In this document: positions 28,600 to 39,007 of the stretch, in pieces | Numbering within the stretch: the stretch's first letter is position 1 | Layout: every line of letters begins with the position of its first letter | DNA from: an uncultured Phycisphaerales bacterium | Lineage (GTDB): Bacteria > Planctomycetota > Phycisphaerae > Sedimentisphaerales > Anaerobacaceae | Length of the DNA: 64,000 nucleotides | NCBI GenBank assembly: GCA_963718665.1 | Contig: OY970359.1 | Span: 1,216,001-1,280,000, forward strand | Reading direction: 5' to 3' | Notes under the pieces: generated by a model | The model's database searches: none | Seen by the model: only the letters and a program-made list of their open reading frames with translations | Told to the model about the DNA's origin: nothing | Made by a program: the position numbers and the translations under genes

Positions 28600-29613
28600 A
28601 TGAGAAAATTACTCGTTACAGGCGGAGCCGGCTTTATCGGCAGTAATTTCGTGAGGATGATTCTTTCCGAACAACCGGATTGTTTCGTCGTCAATCTCGA
28701 CAAGCTGACTTACGCGGGCAATCTTGAAAATCTCGCCGGTTTTGAAAATCACAAAAATCATAAATTCATAAAAGGCGACATCTGCGACGCCAAACTGATT
28801 GAGCGTATCATCGACGAGTTTAAAATCGATTCGATTGTGAACTTCGCCGCCGAAAGCCACGTTGACCGTTCAATCAGCGAACCGAAAATTTTCATCGAAA
28901 CCAACGTTACGGGGACATTGACGCTTCTTGAGGCGGCAAGAGACAAGAAACTCCGGCAATTCGTCCAGATTTCGACCGACGAGGTTTATGGCGCCCTTGG
29001 GCGTGAAGGGATGTTTACAGAAGATACGCCGCTTAGCCCCAACTCGCCATATTCAGCCAGCAAGGCCTCGGCGGACCTTCTCGTTCGCGCATTCGGGCAT
29101 ACATTCGGCGTCCAATACAATATCACTCGCTGCTCGAACAACTATGGGCCTTATCAATTCCCGGAAAAGCTCATCCCGCTGATGATTAATAACGCGCTGA
29201 ACGACAAACAGCTTCCCGTTTACGGCGACGGAATGCAAATCCGCGACTGGCTTTATGTCTATGACCATTGCATCGCAATCTGGAAGGTCCTCACCGAGGC
29301 GGCGCCCGGCGAAATATACAACATCGGCGGCTGCAGCGAAAAAACCAACATTGATGTCGTCCGGCTGATACTTGGCCGCTTAGGCAAACCGGAATCACTA
29401 ATCAAACACGTTACCGACCGCCCCGGCCACGACAGACGATACGCCATCGACGCGTCAAAGATAATCAACAAGCTGAACTGGAGGCCATCGGTATCGTTTG
29501 AACAGGGCATCGTCAAGACGATTGACTGGTATCTGGCAAACCGCAAGTGGCTGGCCAACGTGGTTTCAGGCGATTACCAGAAGTATTACGATTCGATGTA
29601 TAAGAACAGGTGA
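28600..29613 (+). CDS. rfbB: dTDP-glucose 4,6-dehydratase
   Basis: VTGGAGFIGSNF, AAESHVDRSI, STDEVYG, YSASKA, DRPGHDRRY. Confidence 0.97.
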   Translation: MRKLLVTGGAGFIGSNFVRMILSEQPDCFVVNLDKLTYAGNLENLAGFENHKNHKFIKGDICDAKLIERIIDEFKIDSIVNFAAESHVDRSISEPKIFIETNVTGTLTLLEAARDKKLRQFVQISTDEVYGALGREGMFTEDTPLSPNSPYSASKASADLLVRAFGHTFGVQYNITRCSNNYGPYQFPEKLIPLMINNALNDKQLPVYGDGMQIRDWLYVYDHCIAIWKVLTEAAPGEIYNIGGCSEKTNIDVVRLILGRLGKPESLIKHVTDRPGHDRRYAIDASKIINKLNWRPSVSFEQGIVKTIDWYLANRKWLANVVSGDYQKYYDSMYKNR

Positions 29614-29640
29614 TCGCTGCCGCAAAAGCTCGTCGCGAAA

Positions 29641-30483
29641 TTACTGGTCCAAGCTCGTATCTTCCATCAACTCTTTTGCCAGATTCGAATTGAAAAGCCG
29701 GCGAATTTTATGTTCCGCCTTTACCTGTGCCCGCAAGTGCCCCAGCCGTCGCTCAGCAGGTCGCAGACCAGCGGTCGCGTGCGCGAGGTGAACCATATAT
29801 TTCATCATCTCGGCGGTATCAATCACCGAGGCGTGATAGCCGTTTTCCTTGAGCTGGTAATACATCTGCTCCCCCGCCGTGTAACCACGATACTTACCCG
29901 CGGAATCAAAATGAAGTCCAAGTCGTCTTATTGGTTCAGAGCGATAAAGCGCACAGTAATCACGCGGGCATAACTCACGCGGCCGTTGTCTGGCTTTGGC
30001 GTCTCCCAGAAAAGTCCTTTTGAACCAGAGCTGTGCCTTTTTTGTATCGGTGATTTTTCTCAAAAACTCGTTCAGCGGGCTTCTTGCCTCAAGTTTCCAC
30101 GCCCCTGATGCTGCGCACTTGGGGTCATTATGCATCGGCTCAAGCATCCGCTCCAGCCACCCCGGATGTTTTACGATGGTGTCCGTGTGCATAATAATGA
30201 AATAGTCGCTGCGGCTGTTGGCGAAACCGATGTCAAGGGCCGAAACAAAACCGTCCACCCAAAACGCCGGAAGGTCCTGTTTGCGCCGTTCTATCAATCG
30301 TATCCATTTAAGCCCCCTCAGGTAATCCAGCGATTTATCCTCTGAGCCATTATCCACCACGATTACCTCAATCGGTATTTTGGTGGTAAACTTACGAATC
30401 GCCCGCAGGCAAAGCGTTATCAGCTCCTGCACCTGCCAGTGAGGCATACAAATTGTTACAAGCGGTTCTTTTTGCTGGGGCAT
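29641..30483 (-). CDS. Glycosyltransferase family 2
   Basis: VTICMP, EVIVVDNGSED, HTD in the DxD position. Confidence 0.8.
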   Translation of the reverse strand: MPQQKEPLVTICMPHWQVQELITLCLRAIRKFTTKIPIEVIVVDNGSEDKSLDYLRGLKWIRLIERRKQDLPAFWVDGFVSALDIGFANSRSDYFIIMHTDTIVKHPGWLERMLEPMHNDPKCAASGAWKLEARSPLNEFLRKITDTKKAQLWFKRTFLGDAKARQRPRELCPRDYCALYRSEPIRRLGLHFDSAGKYRGYTAGEQMYYQLKENGYHASVIDTAEMMKYMVHLAHATAGLRPAERRLGHLRAQVKAEHKIRRLFNSNLAKELMEDTSLDQ

Positions 30484-30635
30484 TTGATTGTCCTTAGGTC
30501 AAATAATTTTTAAGTCCGGCCATTGTAGGCAACAGCGGCAAAGCAGTCAATTCCCTATTGGTTTTTACCGGCGTGCAAGGTATAATAACCGCCGGCCAAT
30601 TGTGGCTTCATAATAAATGTGTAGAAGGTCGAATA

Positions 30636-31646
30636 ATGAAACGGATTCTTGTTACAGGCGGCGCGGGTTTTCTCGGCTCGCATCTCTGCGAACGTCTTCT
30701 AAAGGCCGGCAACGACGTCCTCTGCGTTGACAACTACTTCACAGGAAGAAAAGACAACGTCGCCCATCTTATGGGCAATCCTCGTTTCGAAATTATGCGT
30801 CATGACGTAACTTTTCCGCTGTATGTCGAGGTAGATGAAATTTACAACCTCGCCTGCCCCGCCTCGCCCATTCATTACCAGTTCGACCCGGTCCAGACCA
30901 CAAAGACGAGCGTCCACGGCGCAATCAATATGTTAGGGCTTGCCAAACGCATCAAGGCCAAGATTTTTCAGGCCTCCACAAGCGAGGTCTATGGCGACCC
31001 CAATGTTCACCCGCAAACCGAATCATACTGGGGCCATACTAATCCCATAGGAATACGTTCCTGTTACGACGAGGGTAAACGCTGCGCCGAAACACTCTTT
31101 TTCGATTATTACCGGCAGCACAAGCTCCGCATAAAAGTCGCTCGCATTTTTAATACTTATGGCCCGCGGATGCACCCCAACGACGGCAGGGTTGTCTCGA
31201 ATTTCATAATACAGGCGCTCAAAAACGAACCGATAACCATTTACGGCGACGGCTCACAAACCCGCTCGTTCTGTTATGTTGACGACCTGATTGAGGCCTT
31301 TGTTCGCCTGATGGATACCCCCGATGATTTCACCGGCCCCGTCAATCTCGGCAATCCCACTGAAAACACCATCCTCGGACTGGCGCAGGCCGTTATCGAC
31401 CTCGTCGGCTCCCATTCCAAATTAGTGCGTAAGCCATTACCTTCCGACGACCCCAGACAACGGTGTCCCGATATAACGCTCGCAAAAAAGACCCTCGACT
31501 GGCAGCCCACAGTTCCTTTGCGGGAAGGTTTGAAAAAAACTATCGAATACTTTGACCGCCTTCTGAATAAAAAAGAATCACGTCCGCCACTGCCGATAAA
31601 ATCTGTTGCGCCAAAACATCGCAATATAGAGGCCAGGAAGCCGTGA
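30636..31646 (+). CDS. UDP-glucuronate decarboxylase (UDP-xylose synthase) family SDR
   Basis: [48 protein letters not shown]. Confidence 0.93.
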   Translation: MKRILVTGGAGFLGSHLCERLLKAGNDVLCVDNYFTGRKDNVAHLMGNPRFEIMRHDVTFPLYVEVDEIYNLACPASPIHYQFDPVQTTKTSVHGAINMLGLAKRIKAKIFQASTSEVYGDPNVHPQTESYWGHTNPIGIRSCYDEGKRCAETLFFDYYRQHKLRIKVARIFNTYGPRMHPNDGRVVSNFIIQALKNEPITIYGDGSQTRSFCYVDDLIEAFVRLMDTPDDFTGPVNLGNPTENTILGLAQAVIDLVGSHSKLVRKPLPSDDPRQRCPDITLAKKTLDWQPTVPLREGLKKTIEYFDRLLNKKESRPPLPIKSVAPKHRNIEARKP

Positions 31647-31710
31647 ACGATTTGCATCGTTCCTCAGGAAAAGCCACGGCTGCAATCGAAAATTTGAACT
31701 CTCCCGGTAA

Positions 31711-31883
31711 CAATATATTTCGATTAAGAGAAATGTCGAAGATGTCACTAAACAGCACCTGTGCTTTTGCTGCGGCACCTGCGCGGCGGTATGTCCTGCA
31801 AACACCATAGTATGGTTGAAACCATCAACGGCCTGTTGATTCCCAAAGTCAATGACTCAACCTGCAACGGCTGTGGGTGCTGA
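31711..31883 (+). pseudogene. Remnant of a 4Fe-4S dicluster N-terminus (FrhB/FdhB-like)
   Basis: NVEDVTKQHLCFCCGTCAAVCPANTI, frameshift, MVETINGLLIPKVNDSTCNGCGC*; no start codon. Confidence 0.7.
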
Positions 31884-31895
31884 AATTATCTGGAA

Positions 31896-32741
31896 ATGAA
31901 TTGCGTAAACTGTGCGAATTTGATAGAAACGCCAAAAACAGGTTCGGCAACGAGTTGTATCGTTTCACAAGAGGAATTTCGGGCTATGTTGAGGAAAATG
32001 CTTAGGCAAACAGTTGGTTCCTGGATGCGACCGGTGGTGCCCGTCGATTGGGTGCAAAACGATGAAACATCATGGCTGGGACACTACTTAGGCAGCTTTG
32101 AAAAATCTGTCCGTGCCACCCGATTTGCCGCCCGCATCGAGCGTCTCTCAGCACATACAACCCGCCTGGGCCCGCAGCGCCTTTGGGACAAGTACCTTGA
32201 GATACCCGGCTACCATAAAAACAACTCTACTCGTCGGCCTGATGAAGTTCGCTCACACTTCGATGTCTGCAATCTCTTTGCCGACATAGTCCGTGTCCGT
32301 CGCCCGAATCTCGTAGTCGAATTCGGAGCCGCGTTTGGCGTTTCCGGCATGTATTGGCTCGCAGGTCTGGAAGAAGCGTCTGCCGGCCGCCTCCTCAGCT
32401 TTGAAGCCAATAAGGATTGGTGTGCCATAGCCCGACAAAATATGACTCAGATTGGGACACGGTTTAAACTTGTTGAAGGCACTTTCGAGAGCAACATTGA
32501 TGTCGAACTTGCTCCCGGCGAAAAAATTGATATTTGCTTCATCGACGCCATCCACACCCGTGAATTCGTTACGCGCCAATTTGAAATAGTCGCGGCCCGA
32601 CTTGCCCCGCAGGGCTTGGTCGTCATTGATGATGTTGATTTCCCAGGTATGGACGGATGCTGGGAAGATATTGCCGTCGATCCACGTGTTCGCGCCAGTG
32701 CCATTTTGCGCCGTCACATCGGTATTGTTGAATTCAAATAA
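31896..32741 (+). CDS. Class I SAM-dependent methyltransferase (Methyltransf_24-like)
   Basis: VVEFGAAFGVSG, IDICFIDAIH, VVIDD; true start may be about 31986. Confidence 0.8.
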   Translation: MNCVNCANLIETPKTGSATSCIVSQEEFRAMLRKMLRQTVGSWMRPVVPVDWVQNDETSWLGHYLGSFEKSVRATRFAARIERLSAHTTRLGPQRLWDKYLEIPGYHKNNSTRRPDEVRSHFDVCNLFADIVRVRRPNLVVEFGAAFGVSGMYWLAGLEEASAGRLLSFEANKDWCAIARQNMTQIGTRFKLVEGTFESNIDVELAPGEKIDICFIDAIHTREFVTRQFEIVAARLAPQGLVVIDDVDFPGMDGCWEDIAVDPRVRASAILRRHIGIVEFK

Positions 32742-32846
32742 ATTATATGCCGTCTGCAATAATGGCACAGTTTGCCAAGAAACACTTTGTGATTTCATTT
32801 CGTTGCGAAATCGATAAATAACAACTTTCAGGGAGACAGTCAGAGC

Positions 32847-33959
32847 TTGGGTTTAAGAAATGTAATTAGAGCTTGCGGATTCGTAAAACGAATCGTTTTC
32901 ACGAAAAAGCCGCGAATAGGTTACGTCGGAGGTTACCAGGGTCACAGAAACCTCGGCGACGAGGCCCTTTACGCTGCGCTCAGGCGGTTATTTTCATCAG
33001 GCAACTTTATCGACTACAACAGGGGGCTTTTGCCGAATCGTATAGTCAGGTCTCTTCCCAAATGCAACCTTATGCTTATGGGAGGAGGAACCATTGTTGG
33101 CGGGCAAAAGGAATCCTCGTATCGGTGGGCCAAAACATGCTTTACCCTCGCGCCTCACGGCATTGTCTTTGGTTCAGGTGTGGTCAGTCCGGAATTTACA
33201 ACTGCTGTCTTGGGGCAGCCGGCTGAAATCCAGAAACAGTGGGCGGATATTATAAAAAAATGTGATTACATCGGCGTCAGAGGCCCTTTATCGCGTGGCA
33301 TTCTTGAGGGGTGGGGAATTCATAATGTCGAGATTATCGGCGACCCCGTGCTGAATATTTCCCAAAGCAAAATGCCCGATGCCCATTCCATCGACAACAA
33401 CCTGATTGGTTTTAACGTCGGCCAGGCGGAAGGCAGCGTCTGGGGCAGCGAAACGCATATATGCGAAGAATTCATAAAATTGACACAAATTGCAGGCAAA
33501 GCCGGCTTCCGTATCAGGTGGTTTGTTGTTTGGCCAAAAGATTTGCCCGTGACTAAGCAGGTTGTCCGCAATAGTGGTGTACGGTCGGATATTTGTGAGA
33601 TTTACGAGGACTACGAGAAATATATGGATATCGTGAGTCAGGCAAATATCTTCGTGGGAATGAAGCTTCACGCCGTAGCGCTGGCAACCTGCGCTTACGT
33701 CCCATCAGTAATGCTCGAATATAATCCGAAATGCAGGGACTATATGGATTCGATTGGGCAGGGCGAATTTACGCTGCGCACCGATACGTTTACCGCACAG
33801 CAGGCATGGGAAAAAATTGAGAAGCTGCTCGCAAATCGCGCCTCTGTCGCAAAAAGTTTATTTGAAGCCGTCTCGAAATTTCGTAAACTTCAATCCATGC
33901 GGGCTTCTGAAATAAGTGCAAATCTCGGTTTGAAACAAATTAGCAATCGAAAGGACTAA
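32847..33959 (+). CDS. Polysaccharide pyruvyl transferase family protein
   Basis: NLGDEAL, MGGGT, VRGPLS, GDP, GMKLHA, Y-x-x-K motif. Confidence 0.85.
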   Translation: MGLRNVIRACGFVKRIVFTKKPRIGYVGGYQGHRNLGDEALYAALRRLFSSGNFIDYNRGLLPNRIVRSLPKCNLMLMGGGTIVGGQKESSYRWAKTCFTLAPHGIVFGSGVVSPEFTTAVLGQPAEIQKQWADIIKKCDYIGVRGPLSRGILEGWGIHNVEIIGDPVLNISQSKMPDAHSIDNNLIGFNVGQAEGSVWGSETHICEEFIKLTQIAGKAGFRIRWFVVWPKDLPVTKQVVRNSGVRSDICEIYEDYEKYMDIVSQANIFVGMKLHAVALATCAYVPSVMLEYNPKCRDYMDSIGQGEFTLRTDTFTAQQAWEKIEKLLANRASVAKSLFEAVSKFRKLQSMRASEISANLGLKQISNRKD

Positions 33960-33963
33960 ACAT

Positions 33964-35004
33964 ATCGGTAAAGCTAAACGCATTCTGATTGTCGCCGACC
34001 TCACTTATAAGCCGGCCAAAATGTTTATTTACCAGCCGCCTAAACTGGCCAAAGGTTTTATACGCCTCGGCCACGACGTTCGCCTGTTTAATTACACCGG
34101 CGCTCTAAATGAGTTAAGCTGTTTCAAAAGCAAAACCCTCACTCGATTATTTTACAAGCGAAAAGCCGACTATCTTCTCTCAGCCGAAATCAAGGCCTAC
34201 AAACCTGATGTCGTTCACATCAGCTTCCCGAGAATGCTCGATGGAGATACCGTCGAACATATCCGAAACGCCACCCCCAATGCCGTCTTCATAGGTTTCG
34301 ATGGCGACCTATGGCCTGCTTTGCGGCCAGAACGAATCAATGTCGCAAAAAAGCTCGACATCGTTACCGCGACCAATGATGGCGCGGGCCTGCTGGCCTA
34401 TAAGGATGCCGGCGTGCCAAAATGTGTCTTTATGCCCAATATGTGCGACCCCGATACCGATCATCGATATGACGTTGAGGAAAAATGGAAGACCGACATC
34501 CTCTGGACCGGACTAATCATACACGACCCCAAACGATACCCCGGCGAGCAAATGCGTTACGATATTATCAACCAATTGAACAAAATGCCGAATTGTGCCG
34601 TTTACGGCTGCTGCGGCAAACCCGGTATAGGCGGCATTGACTACCTTTATGCAATCAGCGGCGCAAAAATCGGACTAAGCATCAACGCCGACAACAATGT
34701 TCGCCTTTATCATTCCGACCGGCTGACGCATTACCTTTCCTGCGGCACTTTTGCCCTCGCCAAAAAAGTCCCGGACAGCGACCTGCTTTTTAAAGATAAG
34801 CAACACCTGCGGTATTTTGAAACCGCTGAAGAATTCTTTGAATTGGCGGACTGGTTCCTTAAACACGCCAACGAGAGAAAAAAAATCGCCGACGCCGGAA
34901 TGAAATGGATGCACGAACAGTTCAACAACGTCAAAATCGCCGGCTATATCCTCGATTTGATTGAAAAAGGCGCATATAAAGCACCCTGGAATTCTGCCCT
35001 ATGA
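33964..35004 (+). CDS. CgeB-like glycosyltransferase (Glyco_trans_1_2)
   Basis: LGHDV, SGAKIGLSIN, SDR...SCG, ERKKIADAG; frame open to ATC 33964 after AAGGA, first ATG at 34021. Confidence 0.8.
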   Translation: MGKAKRILIVADLTYKPAKMFIYQPPKLAKGFIRLGHDVRLFNYTGALNELSCFKSKTLTRLFYKRKADYLLSAEIKAYKPDVVHISFPRMLDGDTVEHIRNATPNAVFIGFDGDLWPALRPERINVAKKLDIVTATNDGAGLLAYKDAGVPKCVFMPNMCDPDTDHRYDVEEKWKTDILWTGLIIHDPKRYPGEQMRYDIINQLNKMPNCAVYGCCGKPGIGGIDYLYAISGAKIGLSINADNNVRLYHSDRLTHYLSCGTFALAKKVPDSDLLFKDKQHLRYFETAEEFFELADWFLKHANERKKIADAGMKWMHEQFNNVKIAGYILDLIEKGAYKAPWNSAL

Positions 35005-35918
35005 CGCAAAACATTCGGACAATTCCAGTTTTATGTAATATATGCCAGCGCGACAACGCCACGCCGCTTTGGATGGCGATTGACCGTCTTCACGGATTCG
35101 AAGGAAAGTTTCAATATGTTCAGTGTAAGGGTTGCGGCTTGGTCTATATGAATCCGCAGATTGCGCCAGAGCGCATCTCACAATTTTATCCCGATGACTA
35201 CGCCCCCCATCAAGCCGGCTCGGCATCAACAGGCAAAAATGTTCATAAACCGGATTTGCCCAGAATGATTCTCGATACGCTGAATTCTCAATCGAGCGTG
35301 CTCGACATCGGCTGCGGCAACGGCGAGTTTCTCAACCGGGTGCGTCAATTCTGCCGCTGCCGGGTCAGCGGGGTCGATACCTCTGAAAATGCCGTCCTCT
35401 GTGCAAAAAAACAGTGTGGCCTTGACGTGTTCCGCGGGGAAATTACGGCGGCTCCTTTTGAAGAAAAATCCTTTGACCTGATTACCGCCTGGTCCTGCAT
35501 CGAACATATGAATAACCCGGCACAGGCCGTTAAAAAAATATTTGCGCTTTGTAAACCCGGCGGCTTTCTGTTTATCAAAACCCCCAATTACGACAGTTTC
35601 GCCGCAAAGTTGTTCAAAGACAAATGGTATCATCTGGACTGCCCACGTCATTTATACATATTTTCCCCTGCTGCCATTACCGCCTTGCTCGAAAAATCCG
35701 GTTTCGAGGCGGTCAACGTGTACCACAAACCATCATCCAAGGGGTGGCTTGGCTCGCTGCAATATGTTTTTTACGGCGACAATTATCATCCGACAACAAA
35801 AAACAAGCTTCGCCGTTCTGCTTTGGCCAAGGCGTTTGTCTCGCCGTTATCTCGTTTGTCGGCATGGCTGAAAAAAGCCGATACTATGATGATAACCGCC
35901 CGGAGAAAAAAATCGTGA
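35001..35918 (+). CDS. Class I SAM-dependent methyltransferase with N-terminal Cys motifs
   Basis: CNIC...CKGC, VLDIGCGNG, IEHMNNP, PRHLY. Confidence 0.85.
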   Translation: MTQNIRTIPVLCNICQRDNATPLWMAIDRLHGFEGKFQYVQCKGCGLVYMNPQIAPERISQFYPDDYAPHQAGSASTGKNVHKPDLPRMILDTLNSQSSVLDIGCGNGEFLNRVRQFCRCRVSGVDTSENAVLCAKKQCGLDVFRGEITAAPFEEKSFDLITAWSCIEHMNNPAQAVKKIFALCKPGGFLFIKTPNYDSFAAKLFKDKWYHLDCPRHLYIFSPAAITALLEKSGFEAVNVYHKPSSKGWLGSLQYVFYGDNYHPTTKNKLRRSALAKAFVSPLSRLSAWLKKADTMMITARRKKS

Positions 35919-36907
35919 AACTTTTGATTCTGTCAAACAATACAGACCGGGCGAGTTTCAGGCAGCGTATAGCCGTTTACCTCGATACCCTCAGGACCAG
36001 CGGCATCGATTGCCGCGTCGAGCAATTGCCGCAGTGGATATTGTCTCGTCGCCGGCTGTTTATGCAGGCAAAGGATTTCGATGCTGTTTTTCTTCACAAA
36101 AAAATACTGAACCCATTTGATGCTCATTATCTTAAGAAATACGCGAAGAAAATAATTTATGACTTCGATGATGCCATAATGTTCGACGACAAACACCCTG
36201 AAAGACCACATCACAAACGGCAAACTTCTTTCAGAAGAACCGCTGCGCTTGCTGACCTTGTTATCGCCGGTAACTTTTATCTGGCCGAATACGCGAGAAG
36301 ATTTAATCCGAACGTCGAAATACTGCCCACCGGCCTTGATACAAAGGCCTACAAAACTACCGCAAAAAAAACCGGCGACGGCAAAATACGCCTCGTCTGG
36401 ATAGGCAGCCGCCCCACTTTACCTCATTTAAAACAAATATCGCCTGCACTTGAAGAAATCGGCTCACGTTTCGATAATGTTATCCTCAGAATCATCTCAG
36501 ACGAATTTTTTGACCTGCAAAATATCCCCGTCGAAAAAAAACCGTGGTCTCTGGAAACTGAAGCAGCAGAGCTTGTCAGCAGCGATATAGGTCTTGCGCC
36601 ACTGGCCAACAACAATTTTACAAGAGGTAAATGCGGCTTCAAAATCCTCCAGTATCAAGCTGCCGGCCTGCCCGTTGTCGCAAGTCCGGTTGGCGTCGAT
36701 GCGGAGCTTATCCGCGATGACGTCAATGGTTACCTCGCCGCTGCTGTTACGGATTGGGTTGAGAAATTATCTGCCTTGATTAAAGATACATCATTAAAAA
36801 CAAAAATGGGACAGGCAGCGATACAAACGGTTTCATCTTTTGATTTGGGCGCCATTGGCCCACGGCTTGTTGCTCTGATTACAAAGGCAATTGCTGCCTC
36901 GAAATGA
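35915..36907 (+). CDS. Glycosyltransferase family 4
   Basis: ASFRQR, IYDFDDAI, WIGS, KCGFKILQYQAAGLPVVASPVG; GTG overlaps upstream stop. Confidence 0.88.
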   Translation: MKLLILSNNTDRASFRQRIAVYLDTLRTSGIDCRVEQLPQWILSRRRLFMQAKDFDAVFLHKKILNPFDAHYLKKYAKKIIYDFDDAIMFDDKHPERPHHKRQTSFRRTAALADLVIAGNFYLAEYARRFNPNVEILPTGLDTKAYKTTAKKTGDGKIRLVWIGSRPTLPHLKQISPALEEIGSRFDNVILRIISDEFFDLQNIPVEKKPWSLETEAAELVSSDIGLAPLANNNFTRGKCGFKILQYQAAGLPVVASPVGVDAELIRDDVNGYLAAAVTDWVEKLSALIKDTSLKTKMGQAAIQTVSSFDLGAIGPRLVALITKAIAASK

Positions 36908-36924
36908 TTCATAGAGCTTAACGG

Positions 36925-37761
36925 CTACTTGCCTATAACACATATCCCCATCTTGTCCGCCAGAGCAAGCGTCTGGGGTTTGTCGATAATTATCGTCTTG
37001 CCGGCTTCGACCACAAGGCATTTTGCGCCGTTCGTCGCCAGCGAGCTTATTGTATCAGGCCCCACACAGGGGACATCGAATCGCATATCCTTTTTTGCCT
37101 TGGCTGCTTTGAGAAGTGTCCAGCCGCCCGCCCGGCACAGCCGACCCGCGCGTTCAATCATATCCGCCGTGCCTTCAATCCCCTCGACCGCTATAACTTC
37201 CCGTTCCTTGACAGCGATTGCCTGGCCTATGTCCATCTCCGCTATTTTTTTTACGATAGGCCAGCCAAATTCGATGTCGTCGGCAAGCGATGCGCTCGGC
37301 CCTCGTCCGGTCATAGGCCCGTTTGTCGCCAGGTGCTCTTTGCAGTATTTCGTCGAATCTTCCAGAATTATTCCTCCGCTTGCCAGCTCATCCGCCAGGG
37401 CCGACAGCAGCGTTTCATTTTGCTTGTTTTTCTTGCGAAGCCGCCAGTACCAGATTCTCACCGCCCGCCAGTCGGGCAGGTATCTCAGAATTCGCCAGGG
37501 CGTAAAAATCCGTCCCTTGGCAACGCGCCCCACCATAACAGTGCCTGTTACGCCGTGTCTTTTTAATCTGCGAATCCAGTTGCCCGGCCGGGCCAGCGGC
37601 ACCGTATAAAAAACATCCACCTCATCCGCCAGCGCCTGTTCCGTGCTTCCTTCAAGGCCGACGCAAATAACTTTCACCCCTGCCTGCCTGGCGCCGGCCG
37701 CTATCATAAAGGGGAGCCGGCCTTCGCCCGCAATCAATCCGACAATTTTGGCGCTATCCAT
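36925..37761 (-). CDS. lpxI: UDP-2,3-diacylglucosamine diphosphatase LpxI family
   Basis: GLIAGEGRLP, DIGQ, AVEGIEGT, DMRFDVPCVG. Confidence 0.88.
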   Translation of the reverse strand: MDSAKIVGLIAGEGRLPFMIAAGARQAGVKVICVGLEGSTEQALADEVDVFYTVPLARPGNWIRRLKRHGVTGTVMVGRVAKGRIFTPWRILRYLPDWRAVRIWYWRLRKKNKQNETLLSALADELASGGIILEDSTKYCKEHLATNGPMTGRGPSASLADDIEFGWPIVKKIAEMDIGQAIAVKEREVIAVEGIEGTADMIERAGRLCRAGGWTLLKAAKAKKDMRFDVPCVGPDTISSLATNGAKCLVVEAGKTIIIDKPQTLALADKMGICVIGK

Positions 37762-37784
37762 ATTACTCCCAGACCAGGAAAAAT

Positions 37785-38867
37785 TTATGGTTGTGCGGAA
37801 TGCGGCGAATCTTCCGGGCGGGACGGTTCATTTTCTCCGCCGGATAAAAGCTGCCTCATCTGCGCCTGAAGTTCACGGATGTTTTGTTTCATCTCGGGAA
37901 GATACTGAATCATACCGTAAGCGCGTTTGCCCTGCCCTGCGTCTATCGCCGGGGCTCCCAATATAACTTTGCCGTCAGAGACGTTATTGATTACGCCCGC
38001 CTGGGCGCCGATTGCGACGCAGTTTCCGATAGTGATATGCCCGACGAGTCCCGCCTGTCCGCCGATAATGCAGTGATGCCCCAGTGTCGTTGAGCCGGCG
38101 ATGCCCACTTGTGCCACAAGCAGGCAGTGAGGCCCAACCTTTGTCCCGTGACCAATAGCAATCAAATCGCCAAGTTTGCTTCCCTGCCCGATTATCGTAT
38201 CGTTGAGCGTTCCCCGCTCAATCCCGCAGCAGGCGCCTATCTCAACGTCATCCTCTATTATAACGCTGCCGATTTGCGGTATCTTGTGATGAACCCCGCT
38301 ATGCGTGGCAAAACCGAAGCCGTCTTCGCCGATTGTCGCGTTTGAATTGATAATCACCCGGCTGCCTATCTTGCACCCCTCGTAAATTACGACGTTGGGG
38401 TACAGGATGCAGTCGTTGCCTACCTGAACATTTTCGCCTATGAACGTGCAGGGATAAATTACACAGCCGTCGCCAATTTTTGCGCCGTCGGAGATTGTAA
38501 CAAAATCGTGGATTTGGCAGCCGGCGCCGACTTTGGCGCTGTCGGAAATAATCGCGCGGGGACTGATGCCTACTTTCTTGTGCTTTCGATGACCGTGCAG
38601 CGACACCATAATCTGCATAAAAGCGTAATACGGGTCTTCGGCCACCAAAAGCGGCACCGCGCCCGCGGCGACCGTGTCCTTACCCACAATCACCGCGCTG
38701 GCTTTTGTCGTGAGTAGTTGCTTTTCGTATTTTTCATTGCTGAGAAAACTTATATCGCCTTCGCCGGCCCTGCCTAATGTCGCGGCGGAGCGAATCTTGA
38801 TATTTGCGTCACCGAGGACGCGCCCGCCGACATACTGGGCCAGTTCGCCTAAGGTTTTGGTCGTCAT
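37785..38867 (-). CDS. lpxD: UDP-3-O-acyl-glucosamine N-acyltransferase
   Basis: ISFLSNEKY, hexapeptide repeats, IGEDGFGFA, KIPQIG, AQVGIAGS. Confidence 0.93.
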   Translation of the reverse strand: MTTKTLGELAQYVGGRVLGDANIKIRSAATLGRAGEGDISFLSNEKYEKQLLTTKASAVIVGKDTVAAGAVPLLVAEDPYYAFMQIMVSLHGHRKHKKVGISPRAIISDSAKVGAGCQIHDFVTISDGAKIGDGCVIYPCTFIGENVQVGNDCILYPNVVIYEGCKIGSRVIINSNATIGEDGFGFATHSGVHHKIPQIGSVIIEDDVEIGACCGIERGTLNDTIIGQGSKLGDLIAIGHGTKVGPHCLLVAQVGIAGSTTLGHHCIIGGQAGLVGHITIGNCVAIGAQAGVINNVSDGKVILGAPAIDAGQGKRAYGMIQYLPEMKQNIRELQAQMRQLLSGGENEPSRPEDSPHSAQP

Positions 38868-38928
38868 AAGAACCACCTTTTCGGAAAATCGTTTCCTGTT
38901 CGCGGCCTATTCTGTCAAGGCCAACGGT

Positions 38929-38956
38929 ATTATAGCAGATTTGCCTCGCCGGTCAA
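38929..38956 (-). promoter_or_regulatory. Sigma70-type promoter for lpxD-lpxI
   Basis: TTGACC-N16-TATAAT with TG extension, minus strand. Confidence 0.6.
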
Positions 38957-39007
38957 CCTGCGACAAATAATGCACCCGCCGCTTGTTTACCGCAGGGCGT
39001 CGGAGGG

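Noticed and set aside
35624..35914. N-terminal extension of the GT4 ORF
   Set aside because: Overlaps the methyltransferase; GTG 35915 gives a typical MKLLIL start
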